From positions 1-58,855 of IMG/VR virus record IMGVR_UViG_3300034111_001673: a DNA stretch of 58,855 nucleotides; one strand, 5' to 3'. Origin of the DNA: a virus. Its lineage: Duplodnaviria > Caudoviricetes. Made by a program: the position numbers and the translations under genes. The notes under the pieces are model-generated. The model worked only from the letters and a program-made list of their open reading frames with translations. It ran no database searches and was not told the DNA's origin. This document shows positions 9,221-18,721 of this stretch, one piece after another. The number at the start of each line of letters is the position of its first letter. The stretch's first letter is position 1.

Positions 9221-10117
9221 TTACGCTATTCGTGCAAATTCTCTATGTAGTTTCTTAGCTGCCCTGCAGTAAGCTTTATGAGCTTCTTCGGCGGTATCGA
9301 AATAGCCTAGATGATAAGATTTCTTCTTTTTAATAATAGTAGCTTTATATTTACTTACTTGTTTGCTAAAAGAAACTCCTTTAAAAGCTGAAGTATTGTT
9401 GCTGGGCTTTTTCCTATGACAGCTAATTTGCGATGGAGTTGCCTCTCTTAAATTCTCTATTCTAGTATTCCGAGAGTTGCCGTCCACAAAAGATACACAC
9501 TCAGGTAAATAACCATGAAACATTAGAAATATTAATCGTGATACCATATAGGTTTTTTGTTCAGATGGAATATAAAGAGAAAAGTAACCGCCATTAGTCA
9601 GGAAAAAACAAGCTTTATCACCTTTTTTAATTTTTATACCTTGAGCAACCTTCCAATAAAGCTCTCCATCCCGATACTCCAACAACCTTTTGACCTTTGC
9701 TTGTGTGAGTAGGGATTTAACTTTTTTGACTTCCTCTTCTACGGCTTGGAGTTTTACGGGTTTTGGTTTTTTAATAGTTTCGGTTTGCTCTGCCGATAGG
9801 ACTAGCTGAGCAGGTACTTGCTCCTTATCTAAAGTGGTTTGAAGAGTTTTAATAGTCTCTTTTAGCTTATAAACACCGAACTCTAAATCAATAACTCTAG
9901 CAAGAGTAGGGTCTATTTGTGGTTTTTGTTTAACTTTCTGATATCTCTCGTAAGACATACCAAAGGCATTAGCTGCTATTTTTTCTGCTTTACTTAATTC
10001 TGCTGATTCTAAGTGTATTCCATGAACTTCTAGAGCTGTTGTTATTTTATTTTTAAAATCTTCGTAATCCTTGCGGAAATTCTTGATTTCTTTTATTCCT
10101 CTAAAAAATGTGATCAT
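9221..10117 (-). CDS. HNH-like/AP2 domain endonuclease with an unusual N-terminal extension
   Basis: LLEYRDGELYW...DGNSRNTRIENLREAT...NNTSAFKGVSF...HLGYFDTAEEAHKAY; the canonical DH appears as SF. Confidence 0.75.
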   Translation of the reverse strand: MITFFRGIKEIKNFRKDYEDFKNKITTALEVHGIHLESAELSKAEKIAANAFGMSYERYQKVKQKPQIDPTLARVIDLEFGVYKLKETIKTLQTTLDKEQVPAQLVLSAEQTETIKKPKPVKLQAVEEEVKKVKSLLTQAKVKRLLEYRDGELYWKVAQGIKIKKGDKACFFLTNGGYFSLYIPSEQKTYMVSRLIFLMFHGYLPECVSFVDGNSRNTRIENLREATPSQISCHRKKPSNNTSAFKGVSFSKQVSKYKATIIKKKKSYHLGYFDTAEEAHKAYCRAAKKLHREFARIA

Positions 10118-10137
10118 ATTATTTTTCTTAATTATTT

Positions 10138-10695
10138 TTATTCAAATGGTACTTCATCACCGAGAAAATTATCGTCAGTTTGCTTCTTAATATGTTCGCT
10201 GTATTTAGCATGATCGGGAGTAATAATAGTCTTGATCTCATTCCGAGGTTTATTACCTCTATCATCAATAGTTATTTCAGCTACAAATATAAGGTTATCT
10301 AAGTCGGCAAAGCTTTTTATTGTTCTTAACTTTTCTGCCTTTGGTGATTTGTCAGTTGGATGTAAAGAATTAGCGGAATCAAGAATAGCTTTGATCATGC
10401 TTCTACCAATATCGGCATATCTATCACCCTCAGTCCCTAATCTGCTATTCATATTACAAAGACCGATATTGCTCCATACTTTCCTATGTTCATACTCACC
10501 GCTTAAAATCACAAACTCGCAGGCTAGATATATACTAGTTCCTGCTTTACTTAAGGTAGCGTAGCCGTCAGGAAACTCTTGTGTAACGTGATTACCTTTC
10601 TTAAGCATTAACCTAACCTTTGCTATGGTTTTATGCGCTATTAATTCGTAAGACATCTGCTCTTCGGCATCGTTAAAGTTGTTCCATTTAGTCAT
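10138..10695 (-). CDS. Probable single-stranded DNA-binding protein (DUF669-like)
   Basis: YLACEFVILSGEYEHRKVW...RNEIK, acidic tail GDEVPFE. Confidence 0.6.
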   Translation of the reverse strand: MTKWNNFNDAEEQMSYELIAHKTIAKVRLMLKKGNHVTQEFPDGYATLSKAGTSIYLACEFVILSGEYEHRKVWSNIGLCNMNSRLGTEGDRYADIGRSMIKAILDSANSLHPTDKSPKAEKLRTIKSFADLDNLIFVAEITIDDRGNKPRNEIKTIITPDHAKYSEHIKKQTDDNFLGDEVPFE

Positions 10696-10909
10696 TGTTT
10701 TGCTCCACTAGTTCTTTTAATTTTGATAAGTTGTTGTTAATTTGTGATCCTAAATATAATAAAAACCAATCTACCTTTCCAGTATATGAAAAGTGGTAAT
10801 CTCCCTTTCGATCCTCACTGCATAAAAGTTTAAAATCTCTCATATCCTGCCTAATCTCTTCTCTTAAATTGCGAATTGACGTGTATTTTTTAGCTTCTAG
10901 TTCGCTCAT
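10688..10909 (-). CDS. Hypothetical protein
   Basis: ORF with RBS in operon. Confidence 0.5.
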   Translation of the reverse strand: MSELEAKKYTSIRNLREEIRQDMRDFKLLCSEDRKGDYHFSYTGKVDWFLLYLGSQINNNLSKLKELVEQNND

Positions 10910-10919
10910 TTACTCCTCC

Positions 10920-11192
10920 TTATTTACAATATGTTTGATATGCATCTTCCAAGGCTTTTAATCTCCTCTTTGAAAGAAATCTTTTATCAAAGAGACCATA
11001 GCCCAGGTTAATTGCGTCATAAATCTTACGTATATTTTCCTTGCCAAGTTGATTAACAAGATAGACGGCAATAAAACCATTGCTCCATTGATCCCATCTA
11101 ATACGATTGCTCATAATTTCCGAGAATGCCTCGTCTACATAACCTTTCTCTATTAACTTGTTAATTCCTGCTATACTTAGTTTGAATCCCAT
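10920..11192 (-). CDS. Hypothetical protein
   Basis: ORF with RBS in operon. Confidence 0.5.
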   Translation of the reverse strand: MGFKLSIAGINKLIEKGYVDEAFSEIMSNRIRWDQWSNGFIAVYLVNQLGKENIRKIYDAINLGYGLFDKRFLSKRRLKALEDAYQTYCK

Positions 11193-11387
11193 ATCTATTA
11201 CCTATTTAACAAAATAATTATTCTTCTCTTTAGGTCTCTTCCCTTTATTAACGTGGAATAAACCATTACCATAAGTCTCCAACCATTTAACAAAATGCAG
11301 TAAATCAACCTCATTTTGAGCAAACTGCAGATATTGGAGAACCCTTGTTTTGTCTATTTCTTTTACCATGAGATTTAATCCTATATT

Positions 11388-13046
11388 TTAGTTACTATAT
11401 ACCCCCATCTCTTCAAGCTTCCTTTTCGCATCAAATTGAAAAGATAAAATTACCGAGGCTTCAGCTTGACTTAAATCTTTGTATTTAGCAGGGATGTATT
11501 TCATTTGTTGCTTGGTAGCTTCAAAATTAGCCATATTAATGAAATTCTGAATAGCGTAAGGTTTCTCTCTTTTTTTAATAAAGCGGTTAGCTAGATCAAC
11601 AGCTTTCCTTGCATCATTACCTTGATATATAATTTCAGGTTCTTCTTCTTTTGCCTTACTTCCGCCAAGTAGTATTAAACTTTGTTCTAATTTTTTTAAA
11701 CAACACCAATAATTAAATGCTGCTATGTAAGAAGTATTACTATCTATTTTTACCCAAGGCATTTCTGACTTTTTAAACATATCAATTAGTACTACTTCTA
11801 CATGACTTAAATCTTCCTTAATTTCCGCTTCATGTTGATGCCCGCAAAATTGACACTTCTTAGTCTGAACCGGTATCTCTCTATCGCAGGCCTTGCAGTT
11901 CTTTTTCTTAGCGTCTTTTTTGACTTTCTTAATAAATTTTATTTCTAAATCTATGTCTTGTTCTAACGAGCCATGGAGTACTGTTGAAATACCAAAGTCC
12001 AGCACAACGCAGTCCTCTTTGGAAATATTCGGATAAATTGCATGGTCTATCGTTCTTAGCCCCCTACCTATCATCTGAATCATTGTTGACTTAAAAGACG
12101 ATTGACGCAGTAACACCACGCAACTAATAGGCGGATAGTCCCAACCTTCCGTAAGTATCGCTACATTAATCAGTACTTGAATTTCACCGATGGTTAGTTG
12201 ATTTAATACAAATTCTCTTTTTTCTTTTGTAAGTTCACTTGTAACTACATCTGTTCTTATTCCATAACTTCTAAAGGCTACGCATACATGCTCGGCATGT
12301 TTTATAGTAGAACAAAATATCACTGTTTTACGATCTCCTGCTTTTGCTTTCCAGTGTCTTATCACCTCGTCAACAATAACTGCTTGATCTAAAATATCTG
12401 CAACTTCACTTTCGCTATAATCACCTGCATTTTTCTTTTTAAGAGCCATTAATTTTTCTTGAGCAACATCTACTGAATAGGTGATCGGTTTTACCAAATG
12501 ATTACTTTCTATCAATTCACCTAAAAAAATCTGATCACCGCAATTGTTGAATATCTGGCCTAAACTGCTTTTATCACCCCTTTGAGGTGTTGCAGTTATC
12601 CCGTATATCATGACATTAGGGTTAATTTCTTTCGCTTGTTGTATGATTTTTATATAACTTTTAGCAGTTACATGGTGCGTCTCGTCTATTACTAGCAAAT
12701 CTAAATGAGGTATTGTTTTAAGAGTATTCTTTTTGGAAAGAGTCGGTACCATTGCAAAAATAACTTGTCCGCTCCAATCTTTAACTTCAGCATTAACTAC
12801 TGAAGTGCTAAGAGACTGGTTAACTTTTTCAAACTTATCGTTATTCTGCTCCGTTAATTCCTTACGATGGGCAACTACGCAAACTTTGAAATTAGGGTTT
12901 ACCATACAAAAATGCCCTATTACGCTAGAGAGCATAATAGTCTTCCCAGCTCCTGTAGGTGCAACGCCAAGCGTGTTACCGTGTTTTAGCAGTGCTTCAA
13001 TGCTTCTTTTTACAAACTCAATCTGACGTGGGCGAAGTGTAATCAT
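11388..13046 (-). CDS. SF2 DExH-box helicase with C-terminal zinc ribbon
   Basis: APTGAGKT, DETHH, TATP, QMIGRGLR; CxxC..CxxC. Confidence 0.93.
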   Translation of the reverse strand: MITLRPRQIEFVKRSIEALLKHGNTLGVAPTGAGKTIMLSSVIGHFCMVNPNFKVCVVAHRKELTEQNNDKFEKVNQSLSTSVVNAEVKDWSGQVIFAMVPTLSKKNTLKTIPHLDLLVIDETHHVTAKSYIKIIQQAKEINPNVMIYGITATPQRGDKSSLGQIFNNCGDQIFLGELIESNHLVKPITYSVDVAQEKLMALKKKNAGDYSESEVADILDQAVIVDEVIRHWKAKAGDRKTVIFCSTIKHAEHVCVAFRSYGIRTDVVTSELTKEKREFVLNQLTIGEIQVLINVAILTEGWDYPPISCVVLLRQSSFKSTMIQMIGRGLRTIDHAIYPNISKEDCVVLDFGISTVLHGSLEQDIDLEIKFIKKVKKDAKKKNCKACDREIPVQTKKCQFCGHQHEAEIKEDLSHVEVVLIDMFKKSEMPWVKIDSNTSYIAAFNYWCCLKKLEQSLILLGGSKAKEEEPEIIYQGNDARKAVDLANRFIKKREKPYAIQNFINMANFEATKQQMKYIPAKYKDLSQAEASVILSFQFDAKRKLEEMGVYSN

Positions 13047-13051
13047 TTTGG

Positions 13052-14497
13052 CTATTTTTTATCTAGTTCGTTGATTGCTTTCCGATGTATCCTGATCCAC
13101 TCCCTGTCTTTAATGATTTGCTCGGGAGTTAGGGTTATTTTTTGCTTTACAGCGTTGGTGTATGACGTATTTAACCCGCTATAGTGAAGCTCCAGCGTTA
13201 TTCCGGTCTGCACTATGGCATCCTCAAGTGCCGTTAGATGTCCTCCCGCCGTTAAGTCTTCGATGAAGAGTGGCGAAGCTTTAATGATGAGCGTTTCTTC
13301 TTTCTCGGTTACTTTCACCAAACGATTGTTCAGTAGGCTTAACAGATTGCTATCACTGATACTTGCTTTGAATTTAAGCCAGTTCCCTCTTGGCATATCC
13401 TTGGCAGTAACAGGCGTTTCTTGCTTATGAGGTTCTACCCGAGTCGGCTCAAGCAGTTGCATTGAAATCGTAACATCTTCGCCGTAAACAGACTGAATTG
13501 TTTTACGAATTTTAGCTTTTTCAATGTCGTTTAAGAGCATGGCTTTTGTTTGAATACAAACCTTTTGCTGGTCTTGTTCAACAAACTTGTAATCGTTTTG
13601 TATTTCACTGGATCGCTGCTCTCCGAAGGCTTGCTGCAAAGTGCGAGAGAGCAGTACGCTTCTTTCCTCCTTTTCTGTAAGCCTTGGTAAGTCTTCAAGG
13701 TTCATTTCGGGTATTTCCTCCTCCTTTTGTGGGTCGTTTAGCACTTTGGCCATTAGGTCTGACATGGCAAATAAGCCTGTGTTCTCGCTAGTTCGCTCTT
13801 TGTGTTGAGTGTGGGTGGCTTTTTCTTCTTGGTTGTTATGAGCAACTTGCTCCTGCTGTGTAAGCAAGCAAGGAGCAAAAGTTGCGTGCTTGTCTTCGTG
13901 GGGTTTTTCTTTTTTGTAACTTTTTTCTTTTTCAGAGATAAAACCATTAGCGTAGCTATGGTTTATCTCTTCTTCAGGGTTTTCTTTATCTTTATATAAC
14001 TGGAAATTTTTTTCCACCCGGGTGGAAATTTTTTTCGACTCAGATGGAAAAATTTTTCCACTTGAATCAGTATAAAAGGCTACCGGATTTTTAGCTCTTT
14101 CGTATCCATCTTCTGTCAATTTTATGACATATCCGTAAGTTCTATTTTTTCCATAAAAATTTATATAACTATGATAAGTGGAATCTATAATGTCGCTTAT
14201 TTGATCGAGTAAATTTGCATTTTGCTTGCTTGAATAAACTTCGGTAATTTGAGAAAGAAACTTATGATCTACAAACTCTTCTTTATGAGGATTCTTTAAA
14301 ATCATCTGCAATAAATTTGTAAGTAAATTTCTAGCTTTTAATGAAATCCTTTTTTTTCTATCATTAGGTCTTGTAACATATTGCAAGTCCCTAAAAATAT
14401 TATCTGATAACCTTTTCTGCTTATTGGTTTTTTTATCAAGGTAATATAGACGAGCCTTTTTTGTTTCAGGAAAATTTAATACAGCTGCCTTACTCAC
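13052..14497 (-). CDS. Putative replication initiator 1
   Basis: Directly upstream of the helicase and SSB, contains internal iterons, N-terminus similar to 23166..24254. Confidence 0.65.
   Translation of the reverse strand: MSKAAVLNFPETKKARLYYLDKKTNKQKRLSDNIFRDLQYVTRPNDRKKRISLKARNLLTNLLQMILKNPHKEEFVDHKFLSQITEVYSSKQNANLLDQISDIIDSTYHSYINFYGKNRTYGYVIKLTEDGYERAKNPVAFYTDSSGKIFPSESKKISTRVEKNFQLYKDKENPEEEINHSYANGFISEKEKSYKKEKPHEDKHATFAPCLLTQQEQVAHNNQEEKATHTQHKERTSENTGLFAMSDLMAKVLNDPQKEEEIPEMNLEDLPRLTEKEERSVLLSRTLQQAFGEQRSSEIQNDYKFVEQDQQKVCIQTKAMLLNDIEKAKIRKTIQSVYGEDVTISMQLLEPTRVEPHKQETPVTAKDMPRGNWLKFKASISDSNLLSLLNNRLVKVTEKEETLIIKASPLFIEDLTAGGHLTALEDAIVQTGITLELHYSGLNTSYTNAVKQKITLTPEQIIKDREWIRIHRKAINELDKK
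14001..14060. repeat. Three quasi-palindromic iterons TGGAAA-N4-TTTC(C/G)A with 22-bp period; putative origin
   Basis: Copies start at 14001, 14023 and 14045 inside the initiator gene. Confidence 0.75.
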
Positions 14498-14787
14498 TTT
14501 CTTCCTCCTCTAAGATTAATTTTGTTAGCGTTTCCAGATCGTCCCAGAAATTAAAGTACATAGGCATCCCTTCGTTCTCTTTTAAAATTCTACGTATGCG
14601 AGATGCTATTGTTTTAATATCTTTCTGTCTTTGTGGAGTCATAAGCTACTTTTGCTATTATTCCAGTTAATCCCACGCCTTTGCCCATAAACCCGCAGAG
14701 CTCCCTTTATTACCTTAATACGTTTATGTTCGGCTTTAACTTCTAGCCATTCTTGGATTTTTTGCAGGAAGGAGGAGAAAAGAGGGG

Positions 14788-15174
14788 TCATAGGTTCCAA
14801 GATTTAGGTTTAAAATTTTTAAGACTATCCCTTAAGTAAGTTACTAATTCTTCTTTGTAGAGATAAGGCTCTTGAACTATTTTTAGACAACACAACGTTT
14901 TACTTTTGTCTTTGTCATATCTTTCATCATCATATGGAATTTTTATAAAGTGATTGGAATCTATAAATTGATTTATATAGTCAGATAAAGTTTTTCGATC
15001 GATACTTAGTCTGTTTGCCCAAGTTGTTTTATTTATGTAAACTATACCATCAATATCTACAGATTTTTTTAGTTCTTCTAAAAATTCATCTAATTTTTTA
15101 AATCTTTGAGAAAGAAATTCTATATCTAAACAAAAACCATTATTACTTATATTTTCTATTAATTTGAACTGCAT
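14788..15174 (-). CDS. Hypothetical HTH protein
   Basis: KTTWANRLSIDRKTLSDYINQF is HTH-like. Confidence 0.5.
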   Translation of the reverse strand: MQFKLIENISNNGFCLDIEFLSQRFKKLDEFLEELKKSVDIDGIVYINKTTWANRLSIDRKTLSDYINQFIDSNHFIKIPYDDERYDKDKSKTLCCLKIVQEPYLYKEELVTYLRDSLKNFKPKSWNL

Positions 15175-15322
15175 TAAATTCTTACCAAATATATTATGGC
15201 AAAGAATCTACAGTATTATTTATTAAAAAAAGAGTGGGGACTTTTATTACCCACTTTTTTTTTTTTTGTTTATTATAGAAACCGAAACAAAATTGCATGA
15301 AATTAAAATTAAGTAGGTAATT

Positions 15323-16642
15323 ATGTCAAAAATAAGTACATTCACAGAACTAAGAAAAGAAGGAAAGTTGCCAGTAGCATTATTATCTACAGGAACATTT
15401 ATGGAATACTTTGATTTAATGCTCTACGTTCATATGGGAGTGTTACTTAACGAGTTGTTTTATGATACCAGCGATTCTCGTAATTTAGCTATTTTAAGTG
15501 CCATAGGAATAACTATTACGTTTGGTTTTCGCCCGTTAGGTGCATATGTTTTTGGTAAATTAGGAGATCATTATGGACGTAAAATAGTATTATGGATTAC
15601 AACTTTTTTGATGTCTTTAGCTTGTTTAACTATGTTCTTTTTACCAACGTACGCTCAAATTGGTTTTACAGCTACTATCATAATGACTATATGTAGAATA
15701 GCACAAAGCCTCTCATCAGTGGGAGAAATAATAAGTTGTGATCTTTATTTTATGGAAAGTACTAATCCTCCTATTCAATACCCACTATCAGGAGCAACGG
15801 ATGTATTTGGAGCATTAGGTGGCACTGCTGCTTTAGGTGTAGCTACTTTAGTTACAATGAATGATTTTAATTGGCGGTGGGCTTTTTTGTTTGGATTTGG
15901 TATTGCATTTATTGGATTCTACATAAGAAGAACTTTGTTAGAAACTAAGGATTTTTCTAACATGGTAGCTCAAATTAATTTAATACAAGAGAAATTTAAA
16001 CTTTCTTATAAAGAAGCAAAGAAAATAGTAGAAAAAGAACTAGAAAGGAATGCCCCAACTAAAAAAGTGTTCTATTCTTTATTGACAATTCAATGTGTTT
16101 ATCCGTTATATTATTATTTTGCTTATATTTATTGTGGAGATTTATTTAAAAGTCTTTTTAATTACTCATCGGCAGAGGTTATTCATAATAACTTTTTTCT
16201 TTCTTTAGCATGCTTATTTAGAGGAATAGCTGTATATTGGATTAGTTATTATGTAAATCCACTTAAAATATTAAAAATACAATTATTTTTATCAAGTATT
16301 TTAGTTCTTTCCCTACCTTATCTTTTAAATAATCTAAAAGAACCTTACCATTTAATTACAATCCAATATTTATTTTTAATTTTGGCGATTCATGGAATGC
16401 CAGCTTTTGCTATTTTTTATAAATATATTCCTATCTTGACACGTTTTACAAAAACGGGGCTTTCCTACTCAATTGGAAGAGCAGTAATGTTTGGAGGAAC
16501 TTCTTTTGGATTGATTTATTTAGTAGAATGGTATGGAAACTGGGGGATATTTGGTCTTTTTGCTTTCACACTAATTGCTTATACAATAGCATTGTTCTAC
16601 TTTGATAAACTTGAGAAAGAGTCAAATAACTCAAAAACTTAA
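15323..16642 (+). CDS. proP: MFS transporter, ProP/MHS (proline/betaine) type
   Basis: GTFMEYFDLMLY, RPLGA..FGKLGDHYGRK MFS motif A, about 12 hydrophobic segments. Confidence 0.85.
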   Translation: MSKISTFTELRKEGKLPVALLSTGTFMEYFDLMLYVHMGVLLNELFYDTSDSRNLAILSAIGITITFGFRPLGAYVFGKLGDHYGRKIVLWITTFLMSLACLTMFFLPTYAQIGFTATIIMTICRIAQSLSSVGEIISCDLYFMESTNPPIQYPLSGATDVFGALGGTAALGVATLVTMNDFNWRWAFLFGFGIAFIGFYIRRTLLETKDFSNMVAQINLIQEKFKLSYKEAKKIVEKELERNAPTKKVFYSLLTIQCVYPLYYYFAYIYCGDLFKSLFNYSSAEVIHNNFFLSLACLFRGIAVYWISYYVNPLKILKIQLFLSSILVLSLPYLLNNLKEPYHLITIQYLFLILAIHGMPAFAIFYKYIPILTRFTKTGLSYSIGRAVMFGGTSFGLIYLVEWYGNWGIFGLFAFTLIAYTIALFYFDKLEKESNNSKT

Positions 16643-16829
16643 AGTCCTTTATATAATCTACAAACTTCAGCACAAGTTACTAAAGACAAAGGAGCAAAAG
16701 AAGTACTGTAAAGATCTGTTGTTTTACATAATATTGGTAGATCAGTTGATGCAGTCAATTTTGCTCCAACGTACAGAAATAGAGTTAGTACCACAAAGAA
16801 AAGAATACACTGTATGAAATTTCTATCTA

Positions 16830-16940
16830 TTATAACTCCCCCAATATCAAATAATAAGCCGTCGGCATCCCGATCAATACTCCTATAACATAAGCCCTAG
16901 TAACCCATTTCACGAATGGGTCATCACTGTTCCATTCCAT
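16830..16940 (-). CDS. Small membrane peptide (36 aa), not in ORF track
   Basis: MEWNSDDPFVKWVTRAYVIGVLIGMPTAYYLILGEL; paralog of the next ORF. Confidence 0.6.
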   Translation of the reverse strand: MEWNSDDPFVKWVTRAYVIGVLIGMPTAYYLILGEL

Positions 16941-16952
16941 AACTAATCACTC

Positions 16953-17081
16953 TCAATAATGACGTAGAAGATATAAAAGAAGAATTATTAATCCTGGACC
17001 TACTGCAGAGAAAAAAAGAATATAAACCCTAGTCATCCACCTTTCAAATTTATCTTCAGCATTCCAATCGCTAAAATCCAT
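16953..17081 (-). CDS. Small membrane peptide (42 aa), not in ORF track
   Basis: MDFSDWNAEDKFERWMTRVYILFFSAVGPGLIILLLYLLRHY; GGAGG RBS. Confidence 0.6.
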   Translation of the reverse strand: MDFSDWNAEDKFERWMTRVYILFFSAVGPGLIILLLYLLRHY

Positions 17082-17361
17082 AAGTGTCCTCCCCAAGTAA
17101 ATTATTTAACTGATGAACTTTACTTACTGTCATCGCACGACATAAATAAATAATCATATCTTGTAGCTTATTTTCCATCCTATTGAATGATATTTGAGTT
17201 GACCTAAGCTGTGCTTCTAGAATAGCTGGACAAGCTTTATCATCATTTTCTTGTATGAATTCTCTTACGCTTAAATTTTGGTTTTCTAAAGTTGCTTCGA
17301 TATTTTTAAGTTGATTTATAACAGAGGATACGACCGCCTCCCATGAATTTGAGTCTTGCAT
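17071..17361 (-). CDS. Hypothetical coiled-coil protein
   Basis: 96-aa ORF heading a small operon. Confidence 0.55.
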   Translation of the reverse strand: MQDSNSWEAVVSSVINQLKNIEATLENQNLSVREFIQENDDKACPAILEAQLRSTQISFNRMENKLQDMIIYLCRAMTVSKVHQLNNLLGEDTYGF

Positions 17362-17397
17362 AAATTACTATATTTAATTGATGAAGTGCCAGGGGTC

Positions 17398-17499
17398 TTG
17401 ATACAGTTATGTGAAAACCAATAATATCCTTCATGCCAGAGGCATTTATAGACATTATAACCCCTAGCATGAGAGGTTGCTTCACATAGCGGGTATCAA
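17398..17499 (-). ncRNA. Long imperfect stem-loop in a 5' leader (structured RNA candidate)
   Basis: Nested stems TTGATAC/GTATCAA, TATGTGAA/TTCACATA, TCATGCTAGGGG/CCTCTGGCATGA; G-U pairs favour the minus strand. Confidence 0.45.
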
Positions 17500-17762
17500 T
17501 CGCCATTAGCTATTTAACGCTAACTAACGCTTTAAAAACTGTCAAGTCCTGTCAATTGAAGATAACTTAAATAATTTGAGTATCCTAAGGCTTTGTGCTT
17601 GTGTACCCCTAAAAATCGGGGGGGGGGGGTAACTTTTTTGCAACATTCAAAGAAAGCTGCACAAGTTAAGTCGGTAAATCATCATAAACTTTTGTAAGTT
17701 CTATTTTTTGCTTTCTAATAAAAATCATATTAAAAATTTTTACAAAGTATTTCATAACCTTA

Positions 17763-18455
17763 TTACTCATAATCTAGATTCAGATCGCCTAATATTTCAG
17801 AACCTTTATGTTCCATGATTTTTTCAAATTCATTATAAAATTCTTCAATTTCCTCATTATCTGAAAATTTGTTGTAGAATTTAGCGACAAATTTAATGAG
17901 TTTATTATCTCTTTCATTTACAGCAAGATTAATATAAGAATCAGTCTGGGTAGCTACCTCAATCCCAACTTGCTCTGTTTGTATATCTTGTTCATTGGTT
18001 ATAGCTATAGCTTGTACACTTTGTTCTTCAATATCTACCTGGGTTTGCATAGAGCTTTCTTTCCATAAGTAATGAAACTCACCATCTTTTGCTTCTTGTA
18101 CTATTTTAAAAGCTTCTTTCTTTTTAGTAATTTCTTTCATCCACATCTCATAATAAGTACTAGTATAATAATCATTACCATGGCCGTTGTGCATAGGTTT
18201 TATTGTCGCAGGAGGAACGTCTATCCATACATGATGATAATAGTCATATGTTTGAGCGGTTTTTAATGTAGTGTTATATATACATTTGTCCTTAAATATC
18301 TCTTGGGTTCCAGAAAAACCAGGTCCTATATAAATTGTTTTTGTTAATTGCAATTTATCTCTTTCATCTGTAGTTACATGCTGAGATATATGTTTTGAAA
18401 TATCAAAAGGCTCTAGGTCTTTAAAAATATCATAATCTTTTGGATTCTGTTTCAT
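17763..18455 (-). CDS. Effector-like hypothetical protein with 11-aa ExxxQT repeats
   Basis: ESSMQT, EQSVQA, EQDIQT, EVATQT; C-terminus EILGDLNLDYE. Confidence 0.6.
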   Translation of the reverse strand: MKQNPKDYDIFKDLEPFDISKHISQHVTTDERDKLQLTKTIYIGPGFSGTQEIFKDKCIYNTTLKTAQTYDYYHHVWIDVPPATIKPMHNGHGNDYYTSTYYEMWMKEITKKKEAFKIVQEAKDGEFHYLWKESSMQTQVDIEEQSVQAIAITNEQDIQTEQVGIEVATQTDSYINLAVNERDNKLIKFVAKFYNKFSDNEEIEEFYNEFEKIMEHKGSEILGDLNLDYE

Positions 18456-18721
18456 AAATTAATCCTTATTTTTTATTGATTTTATCAGTAAAGCTTTCTT
18501 TAGTTTTACTGTCAAGACTTTGCAAAGTAACTCCCACCACCAACTGTGGAAATATTTAAGGGGAATGATTTTAATGTATTTTGTTAATAAGTGTGAGCGA
18601 ACATGAGATTTTCGTGCCGAAAAAGTACTTGTTTGGGATGCCTAAAAGATATAATGCACTTGCAAATCTTAATAAGACTAGTTAGACTAGTTTTATAAAT
18701 TATTATTAATGGATTACCCTC

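Noticed and set aside
15225-15267. Hairpin with T13 as a novel element
   Set aside because: It looks like an ordinary bidirectional terminator-type hairpin, although it lies between divergent genes
17306-17506. 66-aa ORF
   Set aside because: It overlaps a long RNA hairpin and the next gene; the region is better explained as a structured leader
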